Of a stretch of DNA of 64,000 nt, positions 23,801 to 35,339 are shown piece after piece. The DNA is taken from the NCBI GenBank assembly GCA_036172245.1, contig JAYWIR010000001.1, positions 8,246,001 to 8,310,000 on the forward strand, read 5' to 3'. The notes under the pieces were generated by a model. The model was not told where the DNA came from. It made no database searches and saw only the letters and a list, made by a program, of their open reading frames with translations. Numbering within the stretch: the first letter of the stretch is position 1; every line of letters begins with the position of its first letter. Both the position numbers and the translations under genes were made by a program. Source of the DNA: Raillietiella orientalis. Its lineage: Eukaryota.

Positions 23801-24258
23801 CTAAAAAAGAAGTCATACATAGGAAAGAATATATACCTTATGGGCTTGTAATAGTTGCATAAATAATCAAATCTTTCATCTGGCACTGCTACCCTACTTA
23901 CAAAAACAAGACAGATATAAATACGTAACTTCACTTGCAAGAATCACAATCAACAGTTCGCTTATTTTCTAGTTTTGCTAAAAAACCAAAAGCCTGGTTT
24001 CAATCCTCTGAGGCTTACTCTAAACCCTAGCATATTTATGCTTCTTTTGAAATAAAAAAAATACTTATTTTCATTGGGATCTATTGTACAAAATGGAAAA
24101 TTATCTGCTGCCACCTGACATTTCGTTAGAACATTGAAAAACGTAGACTTTCCCACATTTGGGAGACCAACGATCCCAATTTTTAAATTCGTTCCAATTC
24201 TTCCTATTATTGGCACAGATTTAACATCACTGTCATTTTGTTTCTTGGGTGCCATCAT
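5728..24258 (-). CDS. OLA1: Obg-like ATPase 1 (YchF family), complete spliced CDS: join(24069-24258,23837-23897,23640-23767,15975-16150,15719-15796,14076-14173,12254-12394,11775-11871,6258-6380,5728-5835); 1200 nt, 399 aa
   Basis: Exons join in compatible phases into one open frame. It has the P-loop [35 protein letters not shown], the TGS-domain [21 protein letters not shown] and the C-terminal [18 protein letters not shown]. Introns 2-9 are GT-AG; the intron 1 junction is ambiguous by 4 nt (see findings). Confidence 0.96.
6258..6380 (-). CDS. OLA1: OLA1 coding exon 9 ([41 protein letters not shown])
   Basis: Not in the ORF track; read manually. Acceptor TTTCAG|AAG, donor AAA|GTAATT. Confidence 0.96.
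7410..8280 (-). mobile_element. Possible decayed pogo/Tigger (DDE_1) transposase remnant in OLA1 intron 8
   Basis: Broken frames give, in the expected order, RCGFTHT, GDEAIS*...IIAGK, RVVFQLK, YLMSDKE and [11 protein letters not shown]. These resemble pogo-family GF..T, DETG...VIA.KG, PP.VIF.K, Y.MS..GW and F.KCGI.P. Matched by eye only. Confidence 0.4.
11775..11871 (-). CDS. OLA1: OLA1 coding exon 8 ([33 protein letters not shown])
   Basis: Acceptor TTTTAG|C, donor CAG|GTAAGT; conserved YFFT.G.DEV.AWT. Confidence 0.96.
11877..11893. repeat. (AT)8 microsatellite abutting the OLA1 exon 8 acceptor
   Basis: Minus strand reads GG(TA)8TTTTAG|C. Confidence 0.9.
12254..12394 (-). CDS. OLA1: OLA1 coding exon 7 ([46 protein letters not shown])
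   Basis: Acceptor GTGCAG|G, donor AG|GTCTGT; IPFSG motif; phases match both neighbouring exons. Confidence 0.92.
13358..13420. repeat. (GA)n microsatellites in OLA1 intron 6
   Basis: Two GAGAGA runs directly visible. Confidence 0.85.
14076..14173 (-). CDS. OLA1: OLA1 coding exon 6 ([32 protein letters not shown](W))
   Basis: Not in the ORF track; read manually. Acceptor TCTTATAG|GTT, donor TG|GTAACC; includes the YchF-type G4 variant NxxE (NMSE). Confidence 0.95.
15719..15796 (-). CDS. OLA1: OLA1 coding exon 5 ([26 protein letters not shown])
   Basis: Acceptor TTTTCAG|ACA, donor GAG|GTATTA; aligns with the K.K....KK..R...WN.KE segment of OLA1. Confidence 0.92.
15975..16150 (-). CDS. OLA1: OLA1 coding exon 4 ([20 protein letters not shown]...GDKKIKLEY)
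   Basis: Acceptor TTGCAG|GA, donor TAC|GTAAGT; conserved F.D..VTHVEG.V.P.RD. Confidence 0.96.
21444..21478. repeat. Poly(T) tract with one interruption in OLA1 intron 3
   Basis: Directly visible. Confidence 0.85.
23640..23767 (-). CDS. OLA1: OLA1 coding exon 3 ([42 protein letters not shown])
   Basis: Acceptor TTTTTAG|C, donor A|GTAAGT; contains the G3 motif DIAG. Confidence 0.96.
23837..23897 (-). CDS. OLA1: OLA1 coding exon 2 ((S)[19 protein letters not shown]); starts at 23897 or 23893
   Basis: Not in the ORF track; read manually. Matches the conserved RVPVPDERFD.LC; donor AG|GTATAT at 23836. Confidence 0.93.
24069..24258 (-). CDS. OLA1: OLA1 coding exon 1 (MMAPKK...GLPNVGKST...FCTIDPNE); ends at 24069 (AT donor) or 24065 (GT donor)
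   Basis: ATG at 24258 and a second at 24255; translation carries the G1/Walker A motif and switch I of YchF/OLA1. Confidence 0.95.
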
Positions 24259-27200
24259 CAAATTCTAATTCCTTGCTAGCATCACATACGAATGAGAGGC
24301 AATCATTTCAACACAATTATTTTATATATAAAAACTGCATAATGCATAAACAAAATGTAATATTAGTGCTACTGTATCATCCAAAAACTGAAATAAACGA
24401 TGAATGGGCAAATAAAAGTTAAGAATTTCACGGGGAAAAAAAAAACAAGCAATGACAGCGGAATGCTGTTCCGTTTCAATTGGAAAGTTTTGTGCCTTTT
24501 AACAGGAAAGATGCTTAAAACTCATGCACCAGTCTTGACTTTCCGAAGAGCAATCGGCAAACGTGATGTCGGTACCAAATAAAAATCAAGTTTTGGGAGG
24601 TAAAATCTAGTGTGTTCGAAAACACATCCTAGATGAGTCGAATTATGTTTTCTATTTAATAACAGCGAAAATCGAAAATGTAAAGGTTGCTTACTAGAAA
24701 TTAGAAAGTATCCAGAGGGATAATACTGAGAATACAGGTTCCTAATAAATAAAGTACGACAAAATCAGTCAACAATGATAAGTGCTGTGTCCAGGCATGT
24801 CAGAAGTACGAAAATAATAATAATAATAATGAAAACATACACAAACACACATGGATACAGTTTAAATATCTAACTACAACCTTGAAGACTGAATCAACAA
24901 AAATCCAAGTTTCAGTCAGTCCATTACTGCAGTGTTTAATTCATAAATGCAGGAACTAATTCCTTACTCTTAGGTTCTTTGATCTTGATATCCATTGCCA
25001 ATTGCATGTTTCTCATGCACTGCTTAGTGATATTAGTGAATATATATTAGTATTAGTGAATTGCGGATTGTTTGGATTTTCTTTGACTTACTGCGTCCAT
25101 CGGAAAGCATCTGTAACTCTAAATAAATTTATAAACAGCTTCACGAGTGAGCTACATGATTTTGGAAGGCGTTAAAGAAATGAGGCAACCAGAAATTTGA
25201 ACCTGTTTGGAAAATTCAGCGATGTATTCCTGCCAATTTTTTTTTTTGCCAGTTGGGAAAATGTGAAGTAACCTATGGCTGTGTTTGGTCTGGAATTTTG
25301 CAGTGTATTTTATGTTCTAAATTGAAGGATTATTTCAGGACTAGAGTATCAAAAGTGTTTTTTTTTGTTGCCTATTGCTTTTGCATTTATGAAGTAGCAG
25401 TCGTACCTAATATGAGAGTTCATTCCAAAGTGTGTATACGCAGAATTTTAATTTTATTCTGAGAAACTGAAAGTTGACTTTCGCGCCTTGTACCGTGGCT
25501 GAAAGTGTGCGTGTGTGTGTCTCGCGTGCATTCTAAACATTTCACAGAGCTATAGATGGCATTTCGCTTCTCTAGCAAGCCAAGTGGGTTAGTCCACTTG
25601 AGTCTAACCAAATTTGGAAGAAATGAAAGCAAAAATTTTGTTAGCAAAATAATTCTAAGCCATCAACCATGATTTTCAACCCTTTTTATGAATTTCATTA
25701 TTTTTCTAAGTGAACGAAAACATTTTTGGGGGATTTTTTAGAAAAAGAATGTGTACATATCCAGACCTTATTCGGCATTGAGGATTGGGCATAAAAGTTT
25801 TTGCAGTATTTTCTGAAAAAGAACCGAATGAAATTCACTGATCAGAGAAGCAAAAGAAAAAAAAAAAAATGATCACATCACACAAAATGAAAAGTCAATG
25901 TCGCATAACACCACATAATGAAACGAGTGGAAGGTGTTTGAGGTGGGAACAACCCGATCAAGATAATGTTTCGAGAGTAAACCACGAAAAGGGAAATCCA
26001 AAGAGGAGAATAATTTTTACTATAACCCAGAAATTAGCCTGCCATTAGTTCCGGACAGGTTATCTTCGAATTTAATGACAGATCACGGAGTGGAAAATCT
26101 CAGAACTCACATGACAAATCAACGTCTGATCTTATACGGCTATGAATGCAAAAGCATATAAGCTTTTTTGACAGGAGTTCTAGCAGCAAATGCTTGATAA
26201 AGAGCAGGAGGCACGAAAGCGTTCGTGTTACACGAGTTGATAGATGGAATGTCAACGTTTCCCATGAATTAGGAGAAAAGTAAATAAGGCTCGCTTCACC
26301 AAGGCGAAATAAGAGCTTTGGTTTCGTTTCCGAGCCCCGGAGGTGTACGAAAGTCTTGCGATTACTAAGAAGAATCCTCGAGGCATATGGATCTATTTCA
26401 GTACTCTTGGAAGGATCTCAGGTATTCAGTGCTGCAATGACGTGTTTCGTACACTGAGACCCAAAACGGGTTTGATGTTGATTCCTGTTCCATGCATACA
26501 AGGCTCTCCGGTGTGTTCTTGTGCCCCTATAATGTTCTGCCTGTTCCGTTTTCTCCCCATCCCAACTTTTCGAAATTTGTAGGATGGAACAAATAAAAAT
26601 GTATCTCAATGTGCTCTTATTGTTAAGCAGTCAGATCTAAACTGATAAATGAATTTCAGCCAATTGAAGTGTTCATTATCCATTCAACTGCACTAATAAA
26701 TGTAATGGCAACAGAATGCAATAATCAATCACACTGTGATCACGTGGCGGAGTTCTCTACGCTCTACTGAGCCGCATTGTGCACAGTTCTGTTCATCATT
26801 TGGGTTTCCTTTGTACCAACGGCTACTTTATAGAGGTGGTTTTCATTCAGTTTTTCCCTTGGTGAGTTCCTTGTGCTCTTCAATTTCATCTCGATCTTTC
26901 ATCAGGGTGTCTCCTGATTTATGCCCAGTTTCAAAACACTCAAAATCATCCATATCATCTGTTTTTTTAAAAAAAAATAAATAAATAAATAAGAAACATA
27001 ATTAAGCAGGTGGAATTTGTCTCTGGTAGGGTTCAAATTTCAGTGAGCAGACCGGAGACTTGATCCGAAAAATTCGATTGAACAGAGATATGCACTGGAG
27101 GCAGCCTCATTTTTTGGTTTTCGACTTTGACTGTTTCAGACTTTCAGCATCTTTCGAATCTGTTTGTTTTTGTTGCTGCTGTCGCCTCAAGAAAACATGA

Positions 27201-28799
27201 TTATGAGGGTGGGCATGCTCTGGATCAACATGGTTAAACGGTATATCTCCCACATCGGAAACTAAAGAGTGTTCTCTTTCTATGTCGCTTTCGTGTTTAC
27301 ACGAATAAAAGAAAAGCACGCTTTGATCTTTAGTTCTGAAGCAATGGACCACTGACAGACAATTCTCCTCTATTTTGAAACCATATCATCTTCTTTTTTT
27401 TAAAAAAAATGTCTCCATTCTAAAGATCAAAATGTTCGCGTGCTTCATGTGGTCCAACTTCTCTTTCTGAAATCCCTTAAAGCAAAGCTACGTGCTTTGT
27501 AACGATCCCATTAAGAAAGTTAGAATTTTGCAATCGATAGATGTCGGCTCCATTTCGGCTCTTGCGACCAGAGCAACAGAAAATCGCTTCGGGAGCTGAA
27601 TGCAGCCGCTGCTTGAACTCTTCGAGACGGGGAGCTTTGCAAGCTTTACGGCTGCAACACCAGCACGCATCTTCCTTCTGAGGACGAAGACGAAAACCAC
27701 AGTTCCGCGCTGCGAGATACATGCAAGTTTGTCGGCTCTCCACTCGTCCCGGGAAGGAGCCACGTGACTAAGCATTTGCATTGCTAAGTATGCAGGCTGC
27801 TTCCGACACTGTAGGAGAAGACTCGCGATTTTGGGGAAACCCCGCACCGCCGTTGCGCCACTTCGAGGTTCCGGTTTTTGATGAAGCAGCGGCTCGTTGT
27901 AGCGGCGCCCTGGGCTTGAATTAGTTGGTCAAAAGTACCGTCGTGCTCACGGAAGGAACGGTGAAGTGTGGGAAGTTAGAGAAGTCTTAGCCAGGTGAGA
28001 AGCCCCATGCCCCCAGTGGGGATCCACCGTTCCGAGGGAACTGCAAACTTCTCTTCTCTAGGCTTCTGAAGGATATTCCCACGACACCTAGGGGGCTTGT
28101 CGGCGTCTTCTTCTTCTGGGTCTTTGGAAGGAAGTAGGAGAAGAGGAGTAGGCACCTCTTCAAATCCGCAATTTGCAAACCTCACATTTCCTGTGCGGGA
28201 GTAGGGGAGAACGACTGTTTCTGATACGCTGGTAGGAAGTTCGAACGGGACGGGAAGTCCCGTTTAGCACAGTTATGAGGCTCAGAGTATTCGAACCGCT
28301 TCATGTGGGCGAGATCGTCCCGTCTTCTCGCGAATGGAGTTGCTTCCTCTTTTTTGGAGGGGGAAGGGGGGCTGCCCTCATGGGCGGATTGCTCCTGGGA
28401 CCTGGAACCGGGGCTTGGACGGAGTTATGCCCTAAGTCTGTTTGCGTAAAACCCTCTTCCAGATCCTATGTCCAGGATCTCATTGGAGAATTTTGCTATC
28501 TCCACCAAGATGCGCGTCTACACCTCCAGGCGAGCTCGTGCCCGAACCTTTCGGCGAGCACTGTCAAGATCCCGTTCCCAGACCTCCTGAGGAACGTGCG
28601 TCCCCCTGACGACGGAACGTCAAGAGGAGGCCGGAATAGGCAGTGTACCTGCGGTTAAGCAAAGGCCCGGCTCTTCAGAGTCACCCACCTTCAGGGTGGA
28701 TTGTTTGGACAGGCGAGTCGTCACACTCTCGGAGAGGATTCCGACCTTCGTGGTTGCCAAAGTCCTGCTGCCTTAGCGGTCAGCATTTACCTTCTATGG

Positions 28800-29330
28800 A
28801 ATGTGGTGAGCGGAGCAATCTCTGGTTCGTCCCATAGCTCCAGCCCTGATTCCCAAAACTGATCCACTGATGATGATCATGCATCCGATGGTCTTGTCTT
28901 CAGCGTTCAAGCAGGAAGGACCTATTCTCAAGCTCTCGCAGCTTGAGAATAGCTCGAGGTCCTTTCGTTTCCGAGACCTTTAATCACTCCCTTTGAGGGA
29001 CTCCGTTCGCCTTCCAGCGCGAGGAGCGCCTGTTTTCCTGAGGGATGCTTGAAAGGAAGCAGCTACTCGATGACACCCTTTGGGAAACTGGCGCTTCTCT
29101 AGGGCGCACCGTCGCTCAGACCGACAGTGAACTCTGACACGGAAGAAAATCACAGGAAGTGCTTCTCCTATACCCAGGCTGCATTGGAGCTGGTGTGGTT
29201 GATGAGCGGCTCCAGCTGGTATCTCCGATGCTAGAAGCGGTAACCTGGGACTCAACTTTCGAGCTTGGGAAGCCTGGAGCAAAGAAAGACAGAGATGCCC
29301 CGGAAAGGCAGACACTCGGAAAGACAGACA
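28800..29330 (-). mobile_element. Possible decayed LINE endonuclease fragment
   Basis: VPGYRF*HRR and downstream MIIISGS loosely resemble the APE-domain motifs PGY...R.D and III.GDFN. Weak. Confidence 0.2.
28922..28952. repeat. Perfect 13-bp inverted repeat with 5-nt loop
   Basis: CTATTCTCAAGCT-CTCGC-AGCTTGAGAATAG. Confidence 0.85.
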
Positions 29331-32300
29331 GGAGTTCCATCTGTCGTTTACAGTGTCTCCTGCACTAAAAAGCACGCATTTCATGATCTAACGCGAATTA
29401 AAGCGACAATAAATCTGAATGCACACAGTAGGGATGGTCGTTAAGGTGGCTCCTGTTTTCTCCATCTGCTCGATCTTCGTGCCAAGTAAAACACCATCTT
29501 TTCTAGCGCCATCTCTAGTGCTCACTTGACAGGAACTTTCTGCAAGCTCATTGGTCGTCGTTGGTTTCAGAGGAAACCTAACTGCAGGCGTGGAGACGTT
29601 AAAACTGTAACGCTTTCTTGCCTCTCTTTTTTGCTGCGAACTTCTAAGGGAAGCAAGTGCTTCGGTAGAAACGGAAGCCGTGGACTTCAGGAATTGTGGG
29701 GATCACGAGAATGCATTTGGTTTCCTATTTCACGTGACTCCAATGAAAGGAGACTGAAAGACCTGGGCACTATCATATCGGTCAGGAGGCAAAGGTATTT
29801 TCGCAGGAACTTATGCAGGAGTGTGACCATTACATATAACAAATTCAAATTCGTTCCTGAAAGAGGTTCTCGAAGGAGAGCATTCTCTCAAAACAAGCAG
29901 GAGCGAAAAATCGAGGGTCAGTAGTCCAAATTTTCAAAGGAATTGTGTTTAGACTTCGAATTCCAGGAGGAGGACACTCCTACAAAGATTTAGAACAAAC
30001 ACTAGAAGACACGGCATGCCGAGGAGGAAACCGCATTTTCACCCAGTCTCCAGCAGCTGATGGAAACGTTATGTTTTCTGGTTCTGTCTTGCGGAGCAGA
30101 GACTGAGAGCGTGGAGATGTCCAGTTGTACACGCACGCGATCAGCATGGCCATGGGCAGACTACCCAGTGTTTTCCGCTGATCTGCAGATGAAGCGTCTG
30201 CTTTGCTTCACTGTCTCTTGTTGCGTTTCTTCTGGGGGGGAAGGAGAAAATGCCAAGATCAGGGCTTCGGTTCTCTGTGCCAGAGATTTTGGGAGAGGGA
30301 ATTCGTTTTAGCCAAAGAATGGAATGACGAATTGCGTCGAACACTGCCGAGTATTTCTTGATGGATCATGAGAGGTTTTCGCGCTCTCGATGCGGTGGGT
30401 TCACGAAAAGGAGATGAGGGCGTCCAAGTGTTTGCATTGCTCCAGTGTATCATGGCCGATCGACCAAGTCTTCGGCTGTACGGCGCTGGTCAGAATGAGA
30501 AAGAGCACACGAGTGGAGAAGGAATGGAAACCAGAAATCGTTTCTCTCTCTCTCTCTCTCTTTCGAATAATAGCAGCTATTAGTCAGTAACACTTGATTA
30601 TAGTGTTCAGAAAGTGAGGGTCCATCCACTCTTATGCTATGCAGCTCATCTTGTGGTTCCCGGAGATTCGTGACGTCTGGAAATCCCTGAAGGAAAATAC
30701 CCGCCGATGCCGCTAAATGGCAGGTCGAAATTGCTGCTGAATTCCATGCCTCCCGGTCGAAAAATCTGCACTTAACAGGACTCACAGAGGAATTCAACTT
30801 TCTCGTGATGCGGATCCCCCTGGTGCAGGAACGAGGAGTAACGGGCATCCTGAGGTTGGTCTGTGCAGCCGTTTTGGAAGACTCGCGTCTCTAGAGAGAA
30901 GGGACACCTTCGAAAACATGGCTTTTGGGCTCCGAACAGCAATCACAAGGAGTGGACGGATGGGATGGTGGTAAAAGAAACGAGCTGGCGCAGGAAATGC
31001 TTGTTGAAATGAATCGCTGAACGGAACAAAAGGTCAAGGAGGAGCACATAGTTGTTTTCCTTGTGATGAAGCTCTCAGAATTCTCTCTTTGCTTTTCGAA
31101 ATTTCACGTGCGTGTGTGTTTTTCTCAACACGCTCACGTGTTTATCTCTTGCTTCTACGACGAAAAAGAACTTTGGCATAACATTTGAAAAACCTTCTTC
31201 TTTAATTTCCAACGGATATCCGAGGCATGGCAGGGGTAAGTATAATTAGGCTCAGGGGGCAAACGCTACCACATCTATGTTCTGAATGGAATTCTCTACA
31301 CTGCTGGACCACAATTACATTATTAGTTTGGCATTCCAGAATATCAAAGTGGAATCTGCTGCGAAAAGCGAGAGAGACAAGTTGTCACCGAGTTACCACT
31401 AGCTGCAGTTTCTGGGGCTGCGTCCAAACCTTTTCGAAAGCTGCGCTATGATCGAGCATACTCTTATCATATTCATCATCAGAGATAGAGCTCGCTTCCC
31501 CTTCTAGCTGGATCTTACCCACTAAGCGTGTTCCTTCAGCTTTACTACTTTACTTTCAGAAAATGATTACTTTCAGAAATCATCTCGGCCGCAGCAACCA
31601 CGCGTCTTGATGATGCACGACTTTCAAAAATGCTTCCCAACAAGCACTTCTGGGGAATATTGAAGCTCTCCTTCCAGACATAAGCCAGTCCATTTCGTGA
31701 GTCTACCAGCTCCATAGGCGTTCGAAGCACAGTACCATCTTCATTCTTTGGTGCGGTGACTTCTACGACTGAACAGGGACTGACAGAGCAGTTTTGTTTT
31801 TGGAGTCGAGAAGGTCTTGTTTCTGGTGCTGACGTGACATCGGGGAAGCGGCGCGGTTGTTTTGTGGCACCGAGAAAAACAGCCGTGCATTGAAGGCATT
31901 CCTCAAGAAACAAGTGCTTCCGTTTCACTGGTTCGGCATTGAAGGTCCCCTGCGTTTCCTGCCGTCTCATAACCGTCGAAAAGGTGAGCTAGGAAAGTGC
32001 CCTAAGGAACCCCCTGTGCTTCAAACAGTGGGCCAATTCCGTCCTCTGTGACCACGCATCCCAGAACATTCGGATGCAACAGTGATTTGGCTGGCAAGGA
32101 GTCCTGGTCAGACCCTCGCATCTCAAGGAACCGTCAGTTGAATTTTCTACTCCGAGGTCTCACGCAACTCCTCAGCTGCTCACTGATGGGTCCGAAACAG
32201 ACACCCGTTGTGTGAATGATCTTATTCGCCTTTGCTTTGATTTCTCTTCGTAACTCTGCCCCAATGATTCAACCTCTCCAGCCGGGGAATTCAATCCGGG

Positions 32301-35300
32301 CTAGTGCTCGAGACTCCGCACTGCAAAAACTTTGTCGAGAAACCGGCAATCGGGAACGGAGAGGGAAGGAAGAGGCTATTCCTGATACCGAAGAGTTGCC
32401 CACAATCCACCTCTCGAGATGGCACACATTCATAGCCTCATATTTGGGGAGAAAAGGGAAAGAGAGAGTCTCTACACGGACGCTGAAAGTTCTAAGCAGT
32501 TTCTTTCGCTTCCAGCCAACTTGGAAAAATTCGGAGAAAAATGTTCCAAAAGGCGGGAAGAGGAATTCGTTCTTTTGTTCGGAATGATCTACAGGGGGAA
32601 GGCGAGGAAAGTGAAAGATGGAAGAAGTGAGAGAAGAGAGGCTGTTTCGAGTTTTGAAAAGAGAGGCTGTTGGTAGGGCCACAAGGATCAGTACAAGAGC
32701 TTTGCCTCTGCCGCCTCGAAGCAGCCTGTGGAAGGAAACCAGGGAGGCGCCGAGGGTTCCCAGAATACGACGCCTTCGAAAGCCAATGGGCGTCGGCAGA
32801 GGACGACATCCTGTCATGCTGCAGCCTCTCTCGAGATCCTCCTGCTAGGGTTTTCATCTTTTGGCCGAGGCAATAGAGCACAGCGGGACGTGAGACCGAA
32901 ATACCAGAAGGCTTGGATTCTGGATTCCTGTCACGGAAGTGTGCCACACTGAGCAATGAGATCCCGGTTTCGCTGCGCTCGAGCAGTCATCTGAGCTCTC
33001 CGTGGTCGCAAGTGCAAGAACTGAGCCGAGAGCTCTATTCCTCACTTCTTCACGTCGGAGTTGAAGCATCCGAGAGTCCTGTAACAAATGGTATGCCCCA
33101 GACACGGGAGTGTTCTCTGGTGGGGAGCGAAAACGAGCTGAGTTGCTCGCTCAGAAGGACGCGCAGGGATGACAGTTCCCCCCCCCCCCCCCTTGCGGCC
33201 TTGGCTGGATCCGAACGAAAACAGCGCGACAGCACGACTCGGAGCAGATGACGATGGCAGCTGTGCTGCGGGCGCTGGACCGGGAAAAAAAACCGTCTTC
33301 TGCGAGTCAAAACCTACGGGGCGTTTGAAAATCCGCGGCGCGCAAGATGCGCTCGGGGCGAATCTTTTCCGTGTTTGCTTGCCCTCGTTGCGGGGGAACC
33401 AAGGATGCGCGGCGAGCTCGCAGCCTCTGAGAGTTCCGGCCAGTTCCTCGGCGTGTAGGCTGATGCAGGAGGTGGAGCTGCAGCAAGCCAGGCCCACCTA
33501 GCCGAAGGGCCTCTCGCATGGCGCTCAGCTCCTCAAACGGACAGAGCGAATGCAGCTGAAGGTGCTCGCACTCGGAAAGAAGATCGAGGATAGCTTAGAA
33601 CGCTGGACTTGCTGCTGCCGGTGCGCATCGGGCTGAGGCACGCGTAGGGGCGAGGGCTGGATGATTCAAGGTACCCTCGCAAGGAGTTACGTTCATCCTG
33701 TCGGAAGACCCTCAGGATGATTGGAGGGACCAGTCGGAGGTTTGGATTTGAGAGTTGGGTTTGTTGCTGCTTCACGGGCGCAGCCTGCCTCGACTGGCGC
33801 AAGGGTCGCCCCGCGGCAGGTGCGTCACACGCCCGAAAATCGACCGAACGTCCCGGGAGGGAGGTTTTCCCTGGCGTGGCGCACTCCTTGATCGTGTGCC
33901 TGTGGTTGTCCAGGATGGCGGGACATCAACTGGGCCTTCTGGTCGAACCGCTGGACGGTTCCCAGAGCGGAAAGTTTCGACCCCGTTCTCTCAGAGTCAT
34001 CTTGATCGCTCCCGCTGTCTCGAGTGCTTCCACTCCACTCGAGCGATGTCCGCGGCCTTCATCCTCCTCCCCTATTCCCCTTCCCCCCACCCTCAGAGAC
34101 GAACAAGACGCTCGCAGCTTCTCCGTGGACGACAAACGGTGATGCAAGGCGCGGCAGTAGCCAAGCGAACGCTGCCTACCGTTCATCCATGATTTCGCAT
34201 CCATTTTTTACACACAGAAGAAGAAGGAAGGAGGGGGAGAGGGAAGCCAAAAGAACGAAGCGGGACAAAGTGAAGAGGGGAGCACGGAATTATCCTTCCA
34301 AGTAGATCGGAGTGGTGGGATCTCCCGACTTCCTCCTCCTGGTGTTTGTGCTTATTCTGCTGCTTTCAGTCATGTTGAAAATAAAAGGATAATGATGATG
34401 AAGAAAGGATTTCCGTCACATTCGTAGCCTCGGCTGCTTTCTCTATCTCGCACTCACGACGGGCTGGATCGCTGGATGTTATCAGGCCGGATGCTGATCC
34501 ATCCGAAGCTTCCAGAATGTGCCCCTGGAATGCTAGTGTTTACAAACTCCCCTTCCCCTCCCGATGTGCCACGTCTCATCCTCTTCTTCGGAATCGCCAG
34601 TTTTCTTTCTGTATACTGGCAGATCATGAGATCCAAGTGATCCGGGCGCCTGCAATTCCAGCTGGTGCGAACACTCCGCCGTAGGCGCAAAGCTCAAAAT
34701 CCCCCCCAATCCTTCCCAGTCCTCGACTTCGCTCTCTTTTCTTTTCCTTTCGGACTTGCCTCTTTTTGTCACCGCTGCTGGATGCTCAGAAGGGAAGGCG
34801 ATTTTTAATGAGCCATCCGCCTTCTCTCTGCTCGCGCTGGTGGCGATGTGACTGCAGTGGTGCCAAGCGCTGCGGGTTCGCATCCTTACGTAGAAGATCG
34901 ACACCGGAAGGCGGATGCGTTGTGCGTTCCGAGTTCTTGCTCCCCGTCCCTCGCAGGATGACGCTGGTTGACCTCAGGTGGCTGCGGCACTGGAGAAAGC
35001 CGGAAACCGAATACCCCGTTGACTGACTGGGATTGGAAGTAGGCCCTCCGGGGTCCTTCCAGGAGTCAGAAGACGGTCTCTGGCTTGAAATCCATCCAAG
35101 GGATGTTCGAGTTGGATGAGGAACACCGACTATTAGTATTTCTGGGTGGCACTTTCGATCTCAGAGATCCTGGAGTTGCAGCTGATGCGGTGACTGAGAA
35201 TGTTTCCTAAAAACTCTTTTCAAGCCATTCCCTCCCTTCTGTGCTGGAGACAGACGAAACCGCACCGCACCAGCACGTCAATGATTCACACACTGGTGTC

Positions 35301-35339
35301 TGTCATGGAGCAGCAGACTACCCCGGCTCTGCGTGGCGC

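Noticed and set aside
23898-24068. U12-type AT-AC assignment for OLA1 intron 1
   Set aside because: No ATATCCTT donor, no TCCTTAAC branch site, and the intron does not end in AC.
27283-29409. TGTCGCTTT / AAAGCGACA as transposon terminal inverted repeats
   Set aside because: Only 9 bp of match, with no target-site duplication or transposase between them.
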